A program made the position numbers and the translations under genes. From the NCBI GenBank assembly GCA_964527365.1, contig CAZGQV010000003.1:8668-72667 (forward strand): a DNA stretch of 64,000 nt. Direction: 5' to 3'. The notes under the pieces were generated by a model, which worked only from the letters and a program-made list of their open reading frames with translations, made no database searches and was not told where the DNA came from. This document shows, one piece after another, positions 29,532-39,127 of the stretch. The stretch is from Candidatus Woesearchaeota archaeon (GTDB lineage Archaea; Nanobdellota; Nanobdellia; Pacearchaeales; GW2011-AR1). Each line of letters begins with the position of its first letter. The stretch's first letter is position 1.

Positions 29532-29643
29532 AAACTTTTCTCGCGAAATCGTTTCCCAATCGATTTTGTTGACTGGGAAAAGTTTTTTCACAGGAAATTG
29601 CTAAACAATTTCCTTTGAATCGTAGTGAATCCAGAAGATTCAC
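29532..29643 (-). promoter_or_regulatory. Structured 5' leader of RRM copy 2
   Basis: Hairpins GTGAATC/GATTCAC, AGGAAATTG/CAATTTCCT, TTCCCAGTC/GATTGGGAA and AAACTTTTC/GAAAAGTTT next to the SD. Confidence 0.55.
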
Positions 29644-29721
29644 GCAGTTTCATTCTTACTTCTCAAACTCTTTTCCGAACAATAATAATAAAAAATAATA
29701 AAATTAAAAAATTAATTAAAC

Positions 29722-29985
29722 CTATTCTCTAGGTTCTCTTGGTTTAGCTTCGTTAACAGTCAATGCTCTTCCGTCTAATTCTTTTTCGTTCATTTCTGCT
29801 ACTGCTTTATCAGCATCAGCATCATTTACAAAAGTAATAAAACCGAATCCTTTTGATTTTCTGCTATCAAATTTATCAAGAATAACTGTGGCATCTTCAA
29901 TTTCTCCAAATTTTTCAAAAGCTTCTCTAAGCTCTTTTCCTCGAACTTTGAATGATAAATTACCAACAAATACTTTTTTACTCAT
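29722..29985 (-). CDS. RRM RNA-binding protein (copy 1)
   Basis: VFVGNL, KGFGFITF, LTVNEAKPRE; GGAGG SD. Confidence 0.92.
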   Translation of the reverse strand: MSKKVFVGNLSFKVRGKELREAFEKFGEIEDATVILDKFDSRKSKGFGFITFVNDADADKAVAEMNEKELDGRALTVNEAKPREPRE

Positions 29986-30188
29986 CTTAATTTTCCTCCT
30001 TTCAAGCACTTTAAACATGGTCAGAGGTAGAACTCTTAATCAATTTTTACGCCGAACAGGACAAATCTTTTACAAATCAAGGCTTTATAAGTTTTTACAT
30101 AGCCCATTTATTCTCAATCTCTATTTCTAACTAAACTCAATTTATGTCCTCCAGCGGATACAGATAATTTATTTTATCAATTTCCCAC

Positions 30189-30467
30189 TCAACTAAACTC
30201 AATATATTTTCGATAAGTTCTAAGTAAATTCAAATTCTTTAATAAAAAACCACAAAACCTTTCAGCATCATTCCTTTCTTTCATAGTTGAATAATCATAA
30301 AAACTATTCAATTCCTCTTTTCCGATATCCCCCGCAGAATAAGCATTCCCTTCCGGACTCACAATCAAATAATCCTTCTCTTTACACAACTTCTTCAACT
30401 TCCAACCACAATTAAAAAATTTCTTTACCTTATTTTCTAACGAGGCTTTTCTTTGCAATTTATTCAT
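30189..30467 (-). CDS. Hypothetical protein
   Basis: 92-aa ORF. Confidence 0.5.
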   Translation of the reverse strand: MNKLQRKASLENKVKKFFNCGWKLKKLCKEKDYLIVSPEGNAYSAGDIGKEELNSFYDYSTMKERNDAERFCGFLLKNLNLLRTYRKYIEFS

Positions 30468-30553
30468 CCTCTTAAACCCAAAAATTCAGTTAAATAGATG
30501 ACTTTTCCCTAGTCAAGAGAAACAACAATCTTTTAAAGAAAACCTAAAAATAT

Positions 30554-31429
30554 TTACCTAAATCCACCCAAGGTCTCCAAAAAAGGAATAATTTCTTTTG
30601 GATGTTCCATTATTGTATCAGCTCCAGCATCAATTAATTTTTGTTTATCCTTAACAAATCCCCAAGTAACTCCGACAACGTACGCATCAGTTGACCTAGG
30701 AGCCGTCATAATATTTTTGTAAGCATGAATCCCATTAACAGTATCCTCAAATGCAACAACTTCACTCGGATGAACCCCCAATGCATTTACAGTAAGCATT
30801 GCAGATAAACTATTTGGTTTTTCAATATAATGTTTCATATCACTAGGAATCAATTTAGTCAAAAATTCAATATTATCATAATTTATATTATCTTGTTTAA
30901 TCTTTCCATTTACCAAAATTTTCAAAATATCGTCATATGTTACAATACTGTCAAAACATCCAGAGATACCTGATTTATTTAACAATTTATCTAAACTAGC
31001 TCTCCCCTTAGTTGTATTAATTCCCAACCTTAATCGAGTCATTCTATTTGGACTAGCAATTCCCCTGTTATACACTTCAGAAATAATATTTTTCATATCA
31101 ACTCCTCCCATCTTTATTGTGTCCAAAGGATTTTTTGCACAATAATTATTATATTCTTTCCAAATTTTAGCTTCATTGCCTTCCCATTTCACATAAGAAA
31201 TATTATCATACAAAGCAGGCATACCTCCACCTGCATAAATCTTATTATAATAATCCATCCACTCATCTGTATAATCTCCAAATTCCTTAGATTTATCTCC
31301 CATCTTTTCATGAATAAATTTTTGCCAATCATAATGAAAATCCATGGAAGCATAAGTAACCCCATCCATATCAAAAATAACAGAACGTAATGGTTGTTGA
31401 ATTTTATTTGTAGATGTAATGATTTCCAT
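30554..31429 (-). CDS. HAD-superfamily hydrolase
   Basis: VIFDMDG, EKPN, AFEDTVNGI, GVTWGF, AGAD. Confidence 0.85.
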   Translation of the reverse strand: MEIITSTNKIQQPLRSVIFDMDGVTYASMDFHYDWQKFIHEKMGDKSKEFGDYTDEWMDYYNKIYAGGGMPALYDNISYVKWEGNEAKIWKEYNNYCAKNPLDTIKMGGVDMKNIISEVYNRGIASPNRMTRLRLGINTTKGRASLDKLLNKSGISGCFDSIVTYDDILKILVNGKIKQDNINYDNIEFLTKLIPSDMKHYIEKPNSLSAMLTVNALGVHPSEVVAFEDTVNGIHAYKNIMTAPRSTDAYVVGVTWGFVKDKQKLIDAGADTIMEHPKEIIPFLETLGGFR

Positions 31430-31475
31430 AAAAAATTAACCAAATATCCACTTAAAAGAATTATTGTGCTATATT

Positions 31476-31928
31476 TTACAATCTTTTTGCCATTTCAACA
31501 AAAGAAAGTGGCTCTTTTGAAAGACCAACAAGAATTTCTCCAGATAAATATCCTTGACTCAAATAAAATTTTTCTGAATTCAAAGTAGAATACAAATAAA
31601 TTTCCCAGTAACTTTTTTTCTTAATCTTCTTTTCAGCAAATTTTAATAATTTTTTTCCATAACCACGGCCAACAGAACTAGGACAAACATACAACCCATC
31701 AATTTTATTTTCACAAAAAGAAACAGAACCAATCACTTTTCCCTTTTTCTTTAAACAATATATTTCACAATCATTAAACTCCTCTAAAATTTTCTCAGGA
31801 GTTTGGTCTTCAATTAATTCTTTTACAGCATTAGAAGAATAACAATTAGAATTCACATTACCAATAGAATTTCTACGACAATTAGAAATCTCCGATACAT
31901 CACCTTTTTTTGCTGAGACTACTCTCAT
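31476..31928 (-). CDS. GNAT acetyltransferase
   Basis: LYVCP..GRGYGKKLL, STLNSEKFY..GY. Confidence 0.88.
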   Translation of the reverse strand: MRVVSAKKGDVSEISNCRRNSIGNVNSNCYSSNAVKELIEDQTPEKILEEFNDCEIYCLKKKGKVIGSVSFCENKIDGLYVCPSSVGRGYGKKLLKFAEKKIKKKSYWEIYLYSTLNSEKFYLSQGYLSGEILVGLSKEPLSFVEMAKRL

Positions 31929-32085
31929 GAGATATTTATGAAAACCCCCTTAAAAAAGAAATATGTAACTATAAAACAGATGTTCAAAAATGATTAAACA
32001 ACGCCAATTTCCCCCTTACAAATATTTGGTTCAATTTATGTCCCCGCTGGAAATAATAATTCCCTTTTTTTATCCCACAAACTAC

Positions 32086-32763
32086 TCAACCCCTAAGAAA
32101 ATTCACAACCCCACCATTATTGCTCCCCGAGGGATGGGGTAACACAATTACTTCTTTACCATTTTCTTCCAAAATTTCTTTAATTGATCTATCTCCAATT
32201 AACTTTTGATTAATAATAAACTCATTCTTCTTTCCAAAAAAAATTATCTTCTTTAAACTATTTCGCAATAAAATATCTTGAAGAAATTTATTTTTGATAC
32301 ATTTTTTAGCAAAATCAAATTTCAAGGGATTAAACTCATCAGATCTTCCTTTTCCTTCTTTTAATGAAGCACATTTCACTAAAGATGTTATTAAAAAATA
32401 TTCAGAATTATTAAAATCAAAATAATCTCCAATTTCAAATTCAAGAAATTTATCAATTTCTATTTTTCGAAGCATTAAAGAAATATTTTTATTTATCTTA
32501 TTAAAGCTAGCAGTTTCTTTTGCTTTTAAAAAATCTCCATGCAAATTAAAATCCTCAACCAATTTACTTATTTGATTAAATCCAGGACATAATCCAACTA
32601 AAGCAATTAAAGGTTTTTTAGGATTATTTTCAATCATACTAAAATAAAGAAATCTATCTCCTTCTTTTAATAAAACCAAATCTTTTTCAGAAATGATTTT
32701 TTTATTAATTTCATTTAACTTTCCCCCACAAAATAATTCGCAATAATCTTTTGCTCTTATCAT
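32086..32763 (-). CDS. Uracil-DNA glycosylase superfamily protein (divergent)
   Basis: LVGLCPG, TSLVKC, IIFFGK, LPHPSG. Confidence 0.65.
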   Translation of the reverse strand: MIRAKDYCELFCGGKLNEINKKIISEKDLVLLKEGDRFLYFSMIENNPKKPLIALVGLCPGFNQISKLVEDFNLHGDFLKAKETASFNKINKNISLMLRKIEIDKFLEFEIGDYFDFNNSEYFLITSLVKCASLKEGKGRSDEFNPLKFDFAKKCIKNKFLQDILLRNSLKKIIFFGKKNEFIINQKLIGDRSIKEILEENGKEVIVLPHPSGSNNGGVVNFLRG

Positions 32764-33431
32764 TCAACCTCAATCTCCGCCCTAAAACTATGACTTCCTT
32801 CAACCTTAATTTTATGACTAACAACTTTCAAAGGTTTAGAATACATTGGACAATCCAATACAAAAGATTCAAACTCTCCCCCTTCACCCGCAACATGAAT
32901 CTTATATTTTTCATTCAAGGAAATAACTTCTCCAATGAATTTTTCATCAATTTCTCGGAGTAGCCACGATCCATCCAAAGGATAAGCAAATACTCCAACA
33001 ATAATAACTTTAAAATTAGCTTTAATCAATTCATGTAAATACTCCGTTTCATTTTTTTTCCACAAAGGATTAAAACATTTTAATTTTAATTTATCACAAA
33101 TCTTCTGAATTCTAGATGCCTGGTAAACCGATTGTATGGCCCCCGTAATAATCCCTTCGATTCCATATTCTTCCTTCACTTTCAAAATAGCCCTTTCTAA
33201 ATCTTCAAGTTCAATTTCTTTTTCCCCCTGTGTTTTTTCAATAATTAATGGAATATTCATAACCTCGGCTTGTTTTACAACCTTTTCAACCGATGGAGTA
33301 TGAAACATATAACTCTCTTTATTTTCAGAAAAAATTGAAACAAGACAAACTATTTCATGCCCCGCATTCTTCATTAAATAAGTTGCATAAACTGAATCTT
33401 TCCCTCCAGAAAATAATGATGCTAGTTTCAT
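32760..33431 (-). CDS. dph6: Diphthine--ammonia ligase
   Basis: FSGGKDS, SYMFH, GAIQSVYQ, PLW, GEGGEFES. Confidence 0.9.
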   Translation of the reverse strand: MKLASLFSGGKDSVYATYLMKNAGHEIVCLVSIFSENKESYMFHTPSVEKVVKQAEVMNIPLIIEKTQGEKEIELEDLERAILKVKEEYGIEGIITGAIQSVYQASRIQKICDKLKLKCFNPLWKKNETEYLHELIKANFKVIIVGVFAYPLDGSWLLREIDEKFIGEVISLNEKYKIHVAGEGGEFESFVLDCPMYSKPLKVVSHKIKVEGSHSFRAEIEVE

Positions 33432-33579
33432 AACAAATCAAATTTTTTTCTATTTATAATAATTACTAATTAACCCGATAATTTAACTCAAGAAATTTTT
33501 CCACTTAACTACTTCTTCCCCAAAAAACGAAAAGTAAATCTGCATTTAGCGATTTAATTGAGCAAGAGAAATAATTCAT

Positions 33580-33858
33580 TTATTTCTTTTTGGAAATTAT
33601 TCTGGAAATATGTTCTAAAGTACTTTCCATCAATTCAGGATTTTTATCTAAAATTTTTTTTATCTCTCTTTGATTTTCTATTAAATCAATTGTATTCAAA
33701 ACTTTCTTTCTTCCATCAAAATAATAAAAAATATTATCTACAAAACCATGTGGATTTAAATTTGTTTTAATATAATTTAATTTAGATTCGGGAATATCTT
33801 TAAATTTTTCATAAATTGAGCCTTTCAAGCGATTTAAATTTGAAACATCTATTGCCAT
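33580..33858 (-). CDS. Hypothetical protein
   Basis: 92-aa ORF. Confidence 0.5.
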   Translation of the reverse strand: MAIDVSNLNRLKGSIYEKFKDIPESKLNYIKTNLNPHGFVDNIFYYFDGRKKVLNTIDLIENQREIKKILDKNPELMESTLEHISRIISKKK

Positions 33859-33888
33859 AAAAAATTAACCAAATATTACTTTATAAAT

Positions 33889-34749
33889 TTATTTGGCCTC
33901 AAGTTCAAGAGCATCTTCAGCAGTAACAACATCTCCTGCTTTCAATGTTTCTTCTGACCAATTCCCATCAATTAAATCCTGATAAGGATGAGGATTATGT
34001 TTCAAAAAAATATGCTTCAACCAAATATGAATTTCATCAAAATGATTTTCTTGCTCAAGCCATAATTCCCCATTGCTTTCTAATTGCAAAACCGGGAAAA
34101 AGGATAAGGCTCTTTCCTCTTTCTTTTCTCCAATGATTCTTGTATAACTAACTCTTTTATGGGATTTATTTGCATCAAAATAAAGCAAAACTTTTCCATG
34201 AATAGATTTCAATTTACTTTTTATATTAAAATTATTTTTAGGTAAACTAATTCCCGTTTCCCGAAGAGCATTCTTATCAACAATTGTTTTTTTTATTCTT
34301 CTATTTTCAGTAATAATTGCTTTATTCAAAGATTCAATTAATTCGTCCAAAGTTACTTTTCTAAAACGGGGCATGGGACTCCTCGGAATAAGTCCAGGAA
34401 TATCTTCATCAAGTTCAATCCTTTCAAGTTCCCTGGGCTCACGTTTTTCTTCTTCACCAAATAAAATACTATCAATTGACCTCAAATATTTGCTCAAAAT
34501 TAATTCTGATTTAATTCTCAAAAGTAATGTCGCTGCAAGTAAAACCTTGCTTGAAACAAAAAAATCAATTTCCTCATATTCTTGGATTTTAATTAAAAAT
34601 CCCTCAACCAAAATTCCAATATCAATATTCCAAGGGTCAAGCTCTTCAGTATTAATTAAATCATAAATAATGTCTTGCCACCCCATCTCTCGATTAAATA
34701 ATAAATCATGGATTTGATCCTGATTAACCCCTCTTTGTTCACCTCCCAT
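33889..34749 (-). CDS. scpA: Segregation and condensation protein A (kleisin)
   Basis: LDPWNIDI, LLAATLLLRIKS, VTLDELIESL, LEQENHFDEI. Confidence 0.88.
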   Translation of the reverse strand: MGGEQRGVNQDQIHDLLFNREMGWQDIIYDLINTEELDPWNIDIGILVEGFLIKIQEYEEIDFFVSSKVLLAATLLLRIKSELILSKYLRSIDSILFGEEEKREPRELERIELDEDIPGLIPRSPMPRFRKVTLDELIESLNKAIITENRRIKKTIVDKNALRETGISLPKNNFNIKSKLKSIHGKVLLYFDANKSHKRVSYTRIIGEKKEERALSFFPVLQLESNGELWLEQENHFDEIHIWLKHIFLKHNPHPYQDLIDGNWSEETLKAGDVVTAEDALELEAK

Positions 34750-34903
34750 AGATTAATTACTCAGTTTTATTTTATAAAAACTATTATTTGAAAAAACCCA
34801 AAAGTAACAACCGCAATTGACTACTTTAAAACAATCAACTCTTGTCATTTTGAAAGAGTAACAATAACGAAACATTTATATACTATTATTTGCTCAATAT
34901 AAT

Positions 34904-34977
34904 ATCACCTCTTTTTACCCAGGAGAGGAAACTTACTAACTATTTTTTTGGTGAGAATAATCTCCTAGGTTTTTTTT
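34904..34977 (+). ncRNA. Candidate stand-alone small RNA (TATA, hairpin, oligo-T)
   Basis: BRE/TATA cgaaacaTTTATATA at 34868-34882; stem ACC-C-AGGAGA/TCTCCT-A-GGT, inner stem CTTACTAA/TTGGTGAG, T8 tail; no ORF. Confidence 0.45.
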
Positions 34978-35021
34978 AACTCTTTCAAATATTATGTTAA
35001 AAACCCATTAAATATCATTAA

Positions 35022-35324
35022 TTATTTCATAAATTCACCAATATTCTCTTGGTAAATAATCGTTCCAGCATTTCCAAGACAATCTTCAATATTTTCAGAT
35101 TGACAACCATCAATTAATTTTCTAACTTGATCAACATGTGGCTCTTGAAGAAGAAAAACCATTACACATTTTCCGTCTTCAACCAAATTACTATCTAGAC
35201 AAAGATAATAATCATTAATTTGTGTTGCCCAAGATAAAATTGACAAAACCCCCATTATAATTAAAAAAATCCGAGCATATTTCCAATTTTTTTTAAGATA
35301 CTTAAAAAATCTTTTCTTGTTCAT
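35022..35324 (-). CDS. Small membrane-anchored hypothetical protein
   Basis: TM followed by four Cys. Confidence 0.55.
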   Translation of the reverse strand: MNKKRFFKYLKKNWKYARIFLIIMGVLSILSWATQINDYYLCLDSNLVEDGKCVMVFLLQEPHVDQVRKLIDGCQSENIEDCLGNAGTIIYQENIGEFMK

Positions 35325-35355
35325 AAATCTTGTAGATAAAAATAGTATAAAACTT

Positions 35356-35410
35356 TACTCTTTTTTCTCAGATGTAAAAAATTCAAAATAATGACATTTA
35401 ACACAATAAA
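35356..35410 (-). pseudogene. Decayed duplicate of the 3' end of rps27ae
   Basis: 49/55 identical to 35621-35675; reads YCVKCHYFEFFTSEKKE* versus YCGKCHYSEFFTAEKKE*. Confidence 0.85.
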
Positions 35411-35412
35411 AA

Positions 35413-35589
35413 TTAATACTTGGTCCTAATCTTTAACCAAACTAAAAATAAAATACAAAAAACAGCCATAACTCCAAAAAAAGTATATAATTTATTCTCA
35501 AAAATTTTACCAGCATATTCTGGAAATGCTACAAAAAATATAATAATTAAAGCAACCAAAGATATAACGTCCCAATATTTGTTTTCCAT
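35413..35589 (-). CDS. 58-aa two-TM membrane peptide (not in the ORF track)
   Basis: Manual translation MENKYWDVISLVALIIIFFVAFPEYAGKIFENKLYTFFGVMAVFCILFLVWLKIRTKY*. Confidence 0.6.
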   Translation of the reverse strand: MENKYWDVISLVALIIIFFVAFPEYAGKIFENKLYTFFGVMAVFCILFLVWLKIRTKY

Positions 35590-35619
35590 ATTTATAATAA
35601 AAATCTTTTTTTTAAAAAC

Positions 35620-35835
35620 CTACTCTTTTTTCTCAGCTGTAAAGAATTCAGAATAATGACATTTGCCACAGTAAACTCTTTCTTTAGTTTCCATTAAGAA
35701 AATCCCCGGACCACATCTTGGACAAGTTCTTGCTCGAGTAACAGTGTCACCATTAATAGTATATTTTGTATATTTCTTACTGGTCGGTTTATTCTTATGT
35801 GGTTTCTTTCCTTTTTTTACTATTTTTTTTACCAT
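35620..35835 (-). CDS. rps27ae: 30S ribosomal protein S27ae
   Basis: CPRCGPGIFL..R.YCGKCHYSEF. Confidence 0.93.
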   Translation of the reverse strand: MVKKIVKKGKKPHKNKPTSKKYTKYTINGDTVTRARTCPRCGPGIFLMETKERVYCGKCHYSEFFTAEKKE

Positions 35836-35836
35836 T

Positions 35837-36349
35837 TTATTCTGATTTTTCCTCTACTTTTTCTTCCTTAACTTCTTTGTCCTCAGCCCCACCATTTGAA
35901 GGTACATCTAAGCCCCCCTTTCCAGGAGTCATGCCCGTAGCATCAGGTGATGTCTCTTCCGTGGGTTTTTCAGTTTCTACTTTGGCAACAACTTTAGCTT
36001 CTTTTTCAGCTTTCTTGGCCTCTTCTTCAGCAGCCTTAGTTTCCTCTTCAGCTTTTTTCTTTTCTTCTAAAATATTTTTTTCAGCTTCAAGTTCTTGTTT
36101 AGTTTTTTTAACAATTCGATTAAATTCTTCAATTGAATCATAAATATCTACAGTAACAACAAAAACACTAACTCCAAATTTACCAATAATATCTCTAATT
36201 CTAATCAAACTTTCATCAACTTTAAACTTTTTAGCAATTATTTTTTTTGATTCTTCTTTACTAGGAGTAACTTCATTTTTGACTTCTATTTTTACTTCAT
36301 TTCTTGAAAACAAAGCATTCTTTTTTTCTTGTAATATTTTAATTTCCAT
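35837..36349 (-). CDS. rps24e: 30S ribosomal protein S24e with long charged C-terminal extension
   Basis: KKNALFSRNEV, TPSKEE, I.GKFG; operon position. Confidence 0.88.
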   Translation of the reverse strand: MEIKILQEKKNALFSRNEVKIEVKNEVTPSKEESKKIIAKKFKVDESLIRIRDIIGKFGVSVFVVTVDIYDSIEEFNRIVKKTKQELEAEKNILEEKKKAEEETKAAEEEAKKAEKEAKVVAKVETEKPTEETSPDATGMTPGKGGLDVPSNGGAEDKEVKEEKVEEKSE

Positions 36350-36350
36350 T

Positions 36351-36569
36351 TTATCTAGTTTTGATAGCGAAATCTCCTTCGCCAGTTATATTTAAATTTT
36401 GAGCAATTACCGATTTTTCATGATCAAGTACATAAACTTTTCCTTTAAAGGATTCTGTATTTTCTTTTGATTCACAATTTGGACATTTATCTCCTTCTTC
36501 ATAAATCTTCTTACAAATTTTACATGCTTTTTCTTTTATTTTTGCCATTTTAACAACCTGTTCCCCCAT
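36351..36569 (-). CDS. spt4: Transcription elongation factor Spt4 (RpoE2)
   Basis: KACKICK, CPNC, KSVIAQNL..G.FAIK; alternative start at 36548. Confidence 0.9.
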   Translation of the reverse strand: MGEQVVKMAKIKEKACKICKKIYEEGDKCPNCESKENTESFKGKVYVLDHEKSVIAQNLNITGEGDFAIKTR

Positions 36570-36574
36570 TCATT

Positions 36575-37195
36575 TTATTTTTTCGCTCCCTTGGCAGCTT
36601 TCTGATTTGTTTTTGTAACTTTCTGATTTGTTTTTGTAATTTTCTTTAAATCCGCTTCTGCTTTCTGTTTATCTTCCTTAATCCAATCCAATTTTCCAAG
36701 TCCAGGTTGTCTCATAGTAAGCCCAACTTTGGGATCATCTCCCTTGTGGCTAATTGCTACAACTCTTGCCATACATAAATCCCCTTCTTTCAAAACTCTT
36801 CCACTTGCTTTTCCTGAAAGACTTCCAGCATCACTAAAACTTACATAATCATCCATTGTTTGACTAATGTGAATCATTCCTTTCATCGGACCCATTTCAA
36901 TAAATGCTCCAAAATTTGTAATTTCAGTAATTTTGCCATAAATTAATTCTTGTAAATCGGGCTTCCAAGCAAGTACCTTGAATGTAGATTTGTAATAAGC
37001 AGCACCATCTCCCGGAATAATAACTCCCTCACCAATTTCAATTATTTCAACAATAGAAACAACTTTTCCAACTTCTTTATCATAATATTCAGAATAAGTA
37101 TCTTCTAATTGTTCACTAATAGCCTGCCGAGTATCCATACCAAATAATTTTGGGTCTACACGCACATAATCCTCAACTTCTGTTAAATAAAACAT
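36575..37195 (-). CDS. rpoE1: RNA polymerase subunit E' (Rpo7)
   Basis: IPGDGAAYY, FGAFI, IHISQ, GLTMRQPGLGKLDWI. Confidence 0.95.
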   Translation of the reverse strand: MFYLTEVEDYVRVDPKLFGMDTRQAISEQLEDTYSEYYDKEVGKVVSIVEIIEIGEGVIIPGDGAAYYKSTFKVLAWKPDLQELIYGKITEITNFGAFIEMGPMKGMIHISQTMDDYVSFSDAGSLSGKASGRVLKEGDLCMARVVAISHKGDDPKVGLTMRQPGLGKLDWIKEDKQKAEADLKKITKTNQKVTKTNQKAAKGAKK

Positions 37196-37253
37196 CTTAA
37201 TCAAAACTTAAATGAAATTTCCATTTAAAAAGCTTTTGGGTTCCCTCGTTAAA

Positions 37254-37625
37254 TTACTGTAACTCCAATTTTTTTTTGTTCCTTAAAACCATTTTCCTAT
37301 TTGATACACTTTTCTTAAGTTCCTTATCCATTGTAGCCAAAACATAAGTTGGATGTTCCTTCAAAAACGTCTTAATTCCAATGTCAACATACTTTCCTGG
37401 ACAACTAACTTCATCATAATCTTGCGCTTTAATTAGTTTTAAGGCCAACTCTGCTTCTTCTCTGAACTTCAGAGCTTTAGAACCATCTCTTAATCTTTTA
37501 ATCTCCTCAATTACTTCTTTAGGAATTGCAACCCGGTGGCCCTTCATCAAAAGTTCTTCATGAAAATCAACTTTATTTCCAATGCAATAAAGAATAAAAT
37601 TTGTATCCAATAAAACCCTTGCCAT
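37254..37625 (-). CDS. PIN domain protein (Fcf1/Utp24-like)
   Basis: VLLDTNF, VLATMDKELK; conserved position before rpoE1. Confidence 0.85.
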   Translation of the reverse strand: MARVLLDTNFILYCIGNKVDFHEELLMKGHRVAIPKEVIEEIKRLRDGSKALKFREEAELALKLIKAQDYDEVSCPGKYVDIGIKTFLKEHPTYVLATMDKELKKSVSNRKMVLRNKKKLELQ

Positions 37626-37655
37626 AAAAACATTTAGAAAAGGAAGTATAAATAA

Positions 37656-37940
37656 TTAATCTAAATCTTTCTCCGAACGAACATGTCTTTTATTTTGAAA
37701 AAAACTCGCCACAGCTTCCTGAATAAACCAAGGTTTTAAATGCCCTTCTTTTTCTTTTAATTTATCGACTAAATTACCTTCCTTGTGGTAACTATATAAC
37801 TCTTTAGCCTCACTAACTTGAAAATATGGAATTGGATGTACATTTTGAATATCAACAATCCAACTTTCAGGTTTATATTTTGCAACATAATTTTCCAAAT
37901 CAATTGCTAATAAATTATACCCTTTTGCTATTTCCACCAT
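37656..37940 (-). CDS. Hypothetical protein
   Basis: Likely start MVEIAKG. Confidence 0.5.
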   Translation of the reverse strand: MVEIAKGYNLLAIDLENYVAKYKPESWIVDIQNVHPIPYFQVSEAKELYSYHKEGNLVDKLKEKEGHLKPWFIQEAVASFFQNKRHVRSEKDLD

Positions 37941-38061
37941 ACAAAATATAAAATAAAACAATATATAAATCTTACTCTTTGTCACAACTTTAAAATAACA
38001 ACTAAATAATTAATCTATCTTTATCAAAAAAATTTATAACCTGCATTCTCCTACCAATAAA

Positions 38062-38616
38062 ATGAAAGAGCGTGAAAACAGTTTACTTATTTTGAAAAAA
38101 ACTTTAAAAACAATTCAAAAAGATAATCCAACACCACTTAAAGAATTGAGTGATCAAACAATTCATTCTGCATCAAAAGGAGATATCGATAATTTAAACA
38201 TAGCAATAATTGTTTATTCTCTAGGAAAAATACTCTCAAGAGCAGATTACCGAACATTAAAGGGTTGGGATTCTTTTAGAAGAATAGCAATAACTGCTTT
38301 AAAATGTTCAATAAATGATTTAGAAAATAACAATGAAAAAAAATTTAGAAAAGATTTTAATTTAATAAGAAAAGCCATCAATAAAATTTCTGGAAAATTA
38401 AAAATATATATTGAAGAAGTATTCAAAAAAGCTGAAATAGCAAAAGCTTCAAGAATTCATGAACATGGAATTTCAGCAGAAAAAACAGCAAAAATGCTTG
38501 GAATATCAATGTTTGATTTACAAAATTATACGGGGCAAACAAGAATTTCTGAAGTTCCCTTAAACCAAACAATAAATGTAAAAACAAGAATCAAAATGTT
38601 AGAGGAATTATTTTAA
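38062..38616 (+). CDS. Hypothetical protein with C-terminal HTH-like segment
   Basis: HGISAEKTAKMLGISMFDLQNY. Confidence 0.65.
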   Translation: MKERENSLLILKKTLKTIQKDNPTPLKELSDQTIHSASKGDIDNLNIAIIVYSLGKILSRADYRTLKGWDSFRRIAITALKCSINDLENNNEKKFRKDFNLIRKAINKISGKLKIYIEEVFKKAEIAKASRIHEHGISAEKTAKMLGISMFDLQNYTGQTRISEVPLNQTINVKTRIKMLEELF

Positions 38617-38617
38617 A

Positions 38618-39127
38618 ATGAATGGACAAACATTAGAATTTGCAACAAAAAAACATGAAGGCCAAGTAAGAAAATTTAAAGAGGAAGCTTACATAAAACA
38701 CCCAAAAAATGTTGCAAAAATAATAAAAGAAAATAAAAAGAGTCACAAGATTAATGAATTACTTGCAGCAGCATTGCTCCATGACACATTAGAAGACACA
38801 AATACAACAGAACAAGAACTCAAAAAAAATTTTGGAAAATTGATAACTTCAATTGTAAAAGAATTGACAACTGACGAAAATGAAAAAGAAAAAATTGGGA
38901 AAAAAGAATATCTTGCAAATAAAATGTCTAACAGGAGTAGTTGGGCTTTGGTGATAAAATTAGCAGATAGATTGGACAATGTTTCTGATATAAAAAATAG
39001 CCCACAAGAATTTAAAAAAAAATATATTGAAGAAACTAATTTTATTTTAAAAAAAATAGAAAACAATAGGGAACTATCTAAAACACATAAAAAAATAATT
39101 AAAAAAATAAAGGAAAAATTAAAATGA
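38618..39127 (+). CDS. RelA/SpoT-type HD hydrolase (small alarmone hydrolase / Mesh1-like)
   Basis: HEGQVRK, YIKHP, AALLHDTLEDT, IKLADRLDN. Confidence 0.85.
   Translation: MNGQTLEFATKKHEGQVRKFKEEAYIKHPKNVAKIIKENKKSHKINELLAAALLHDTLEDTNTTEQELKKNFGKLITSIVKELTTDENEKEKIGKKEYLANKMSNRSSWALVIKLADRLDNVSDIKNSPQEFKKKYIEETNFILKKIENNRELSKTHKKIIKKIKEKLK

Noticed and set aside
36599..36639. 21-bp tandem duplication at the rpoE1 3' end
   Set aside because: In-frame duplication in a disordered tail; low significance
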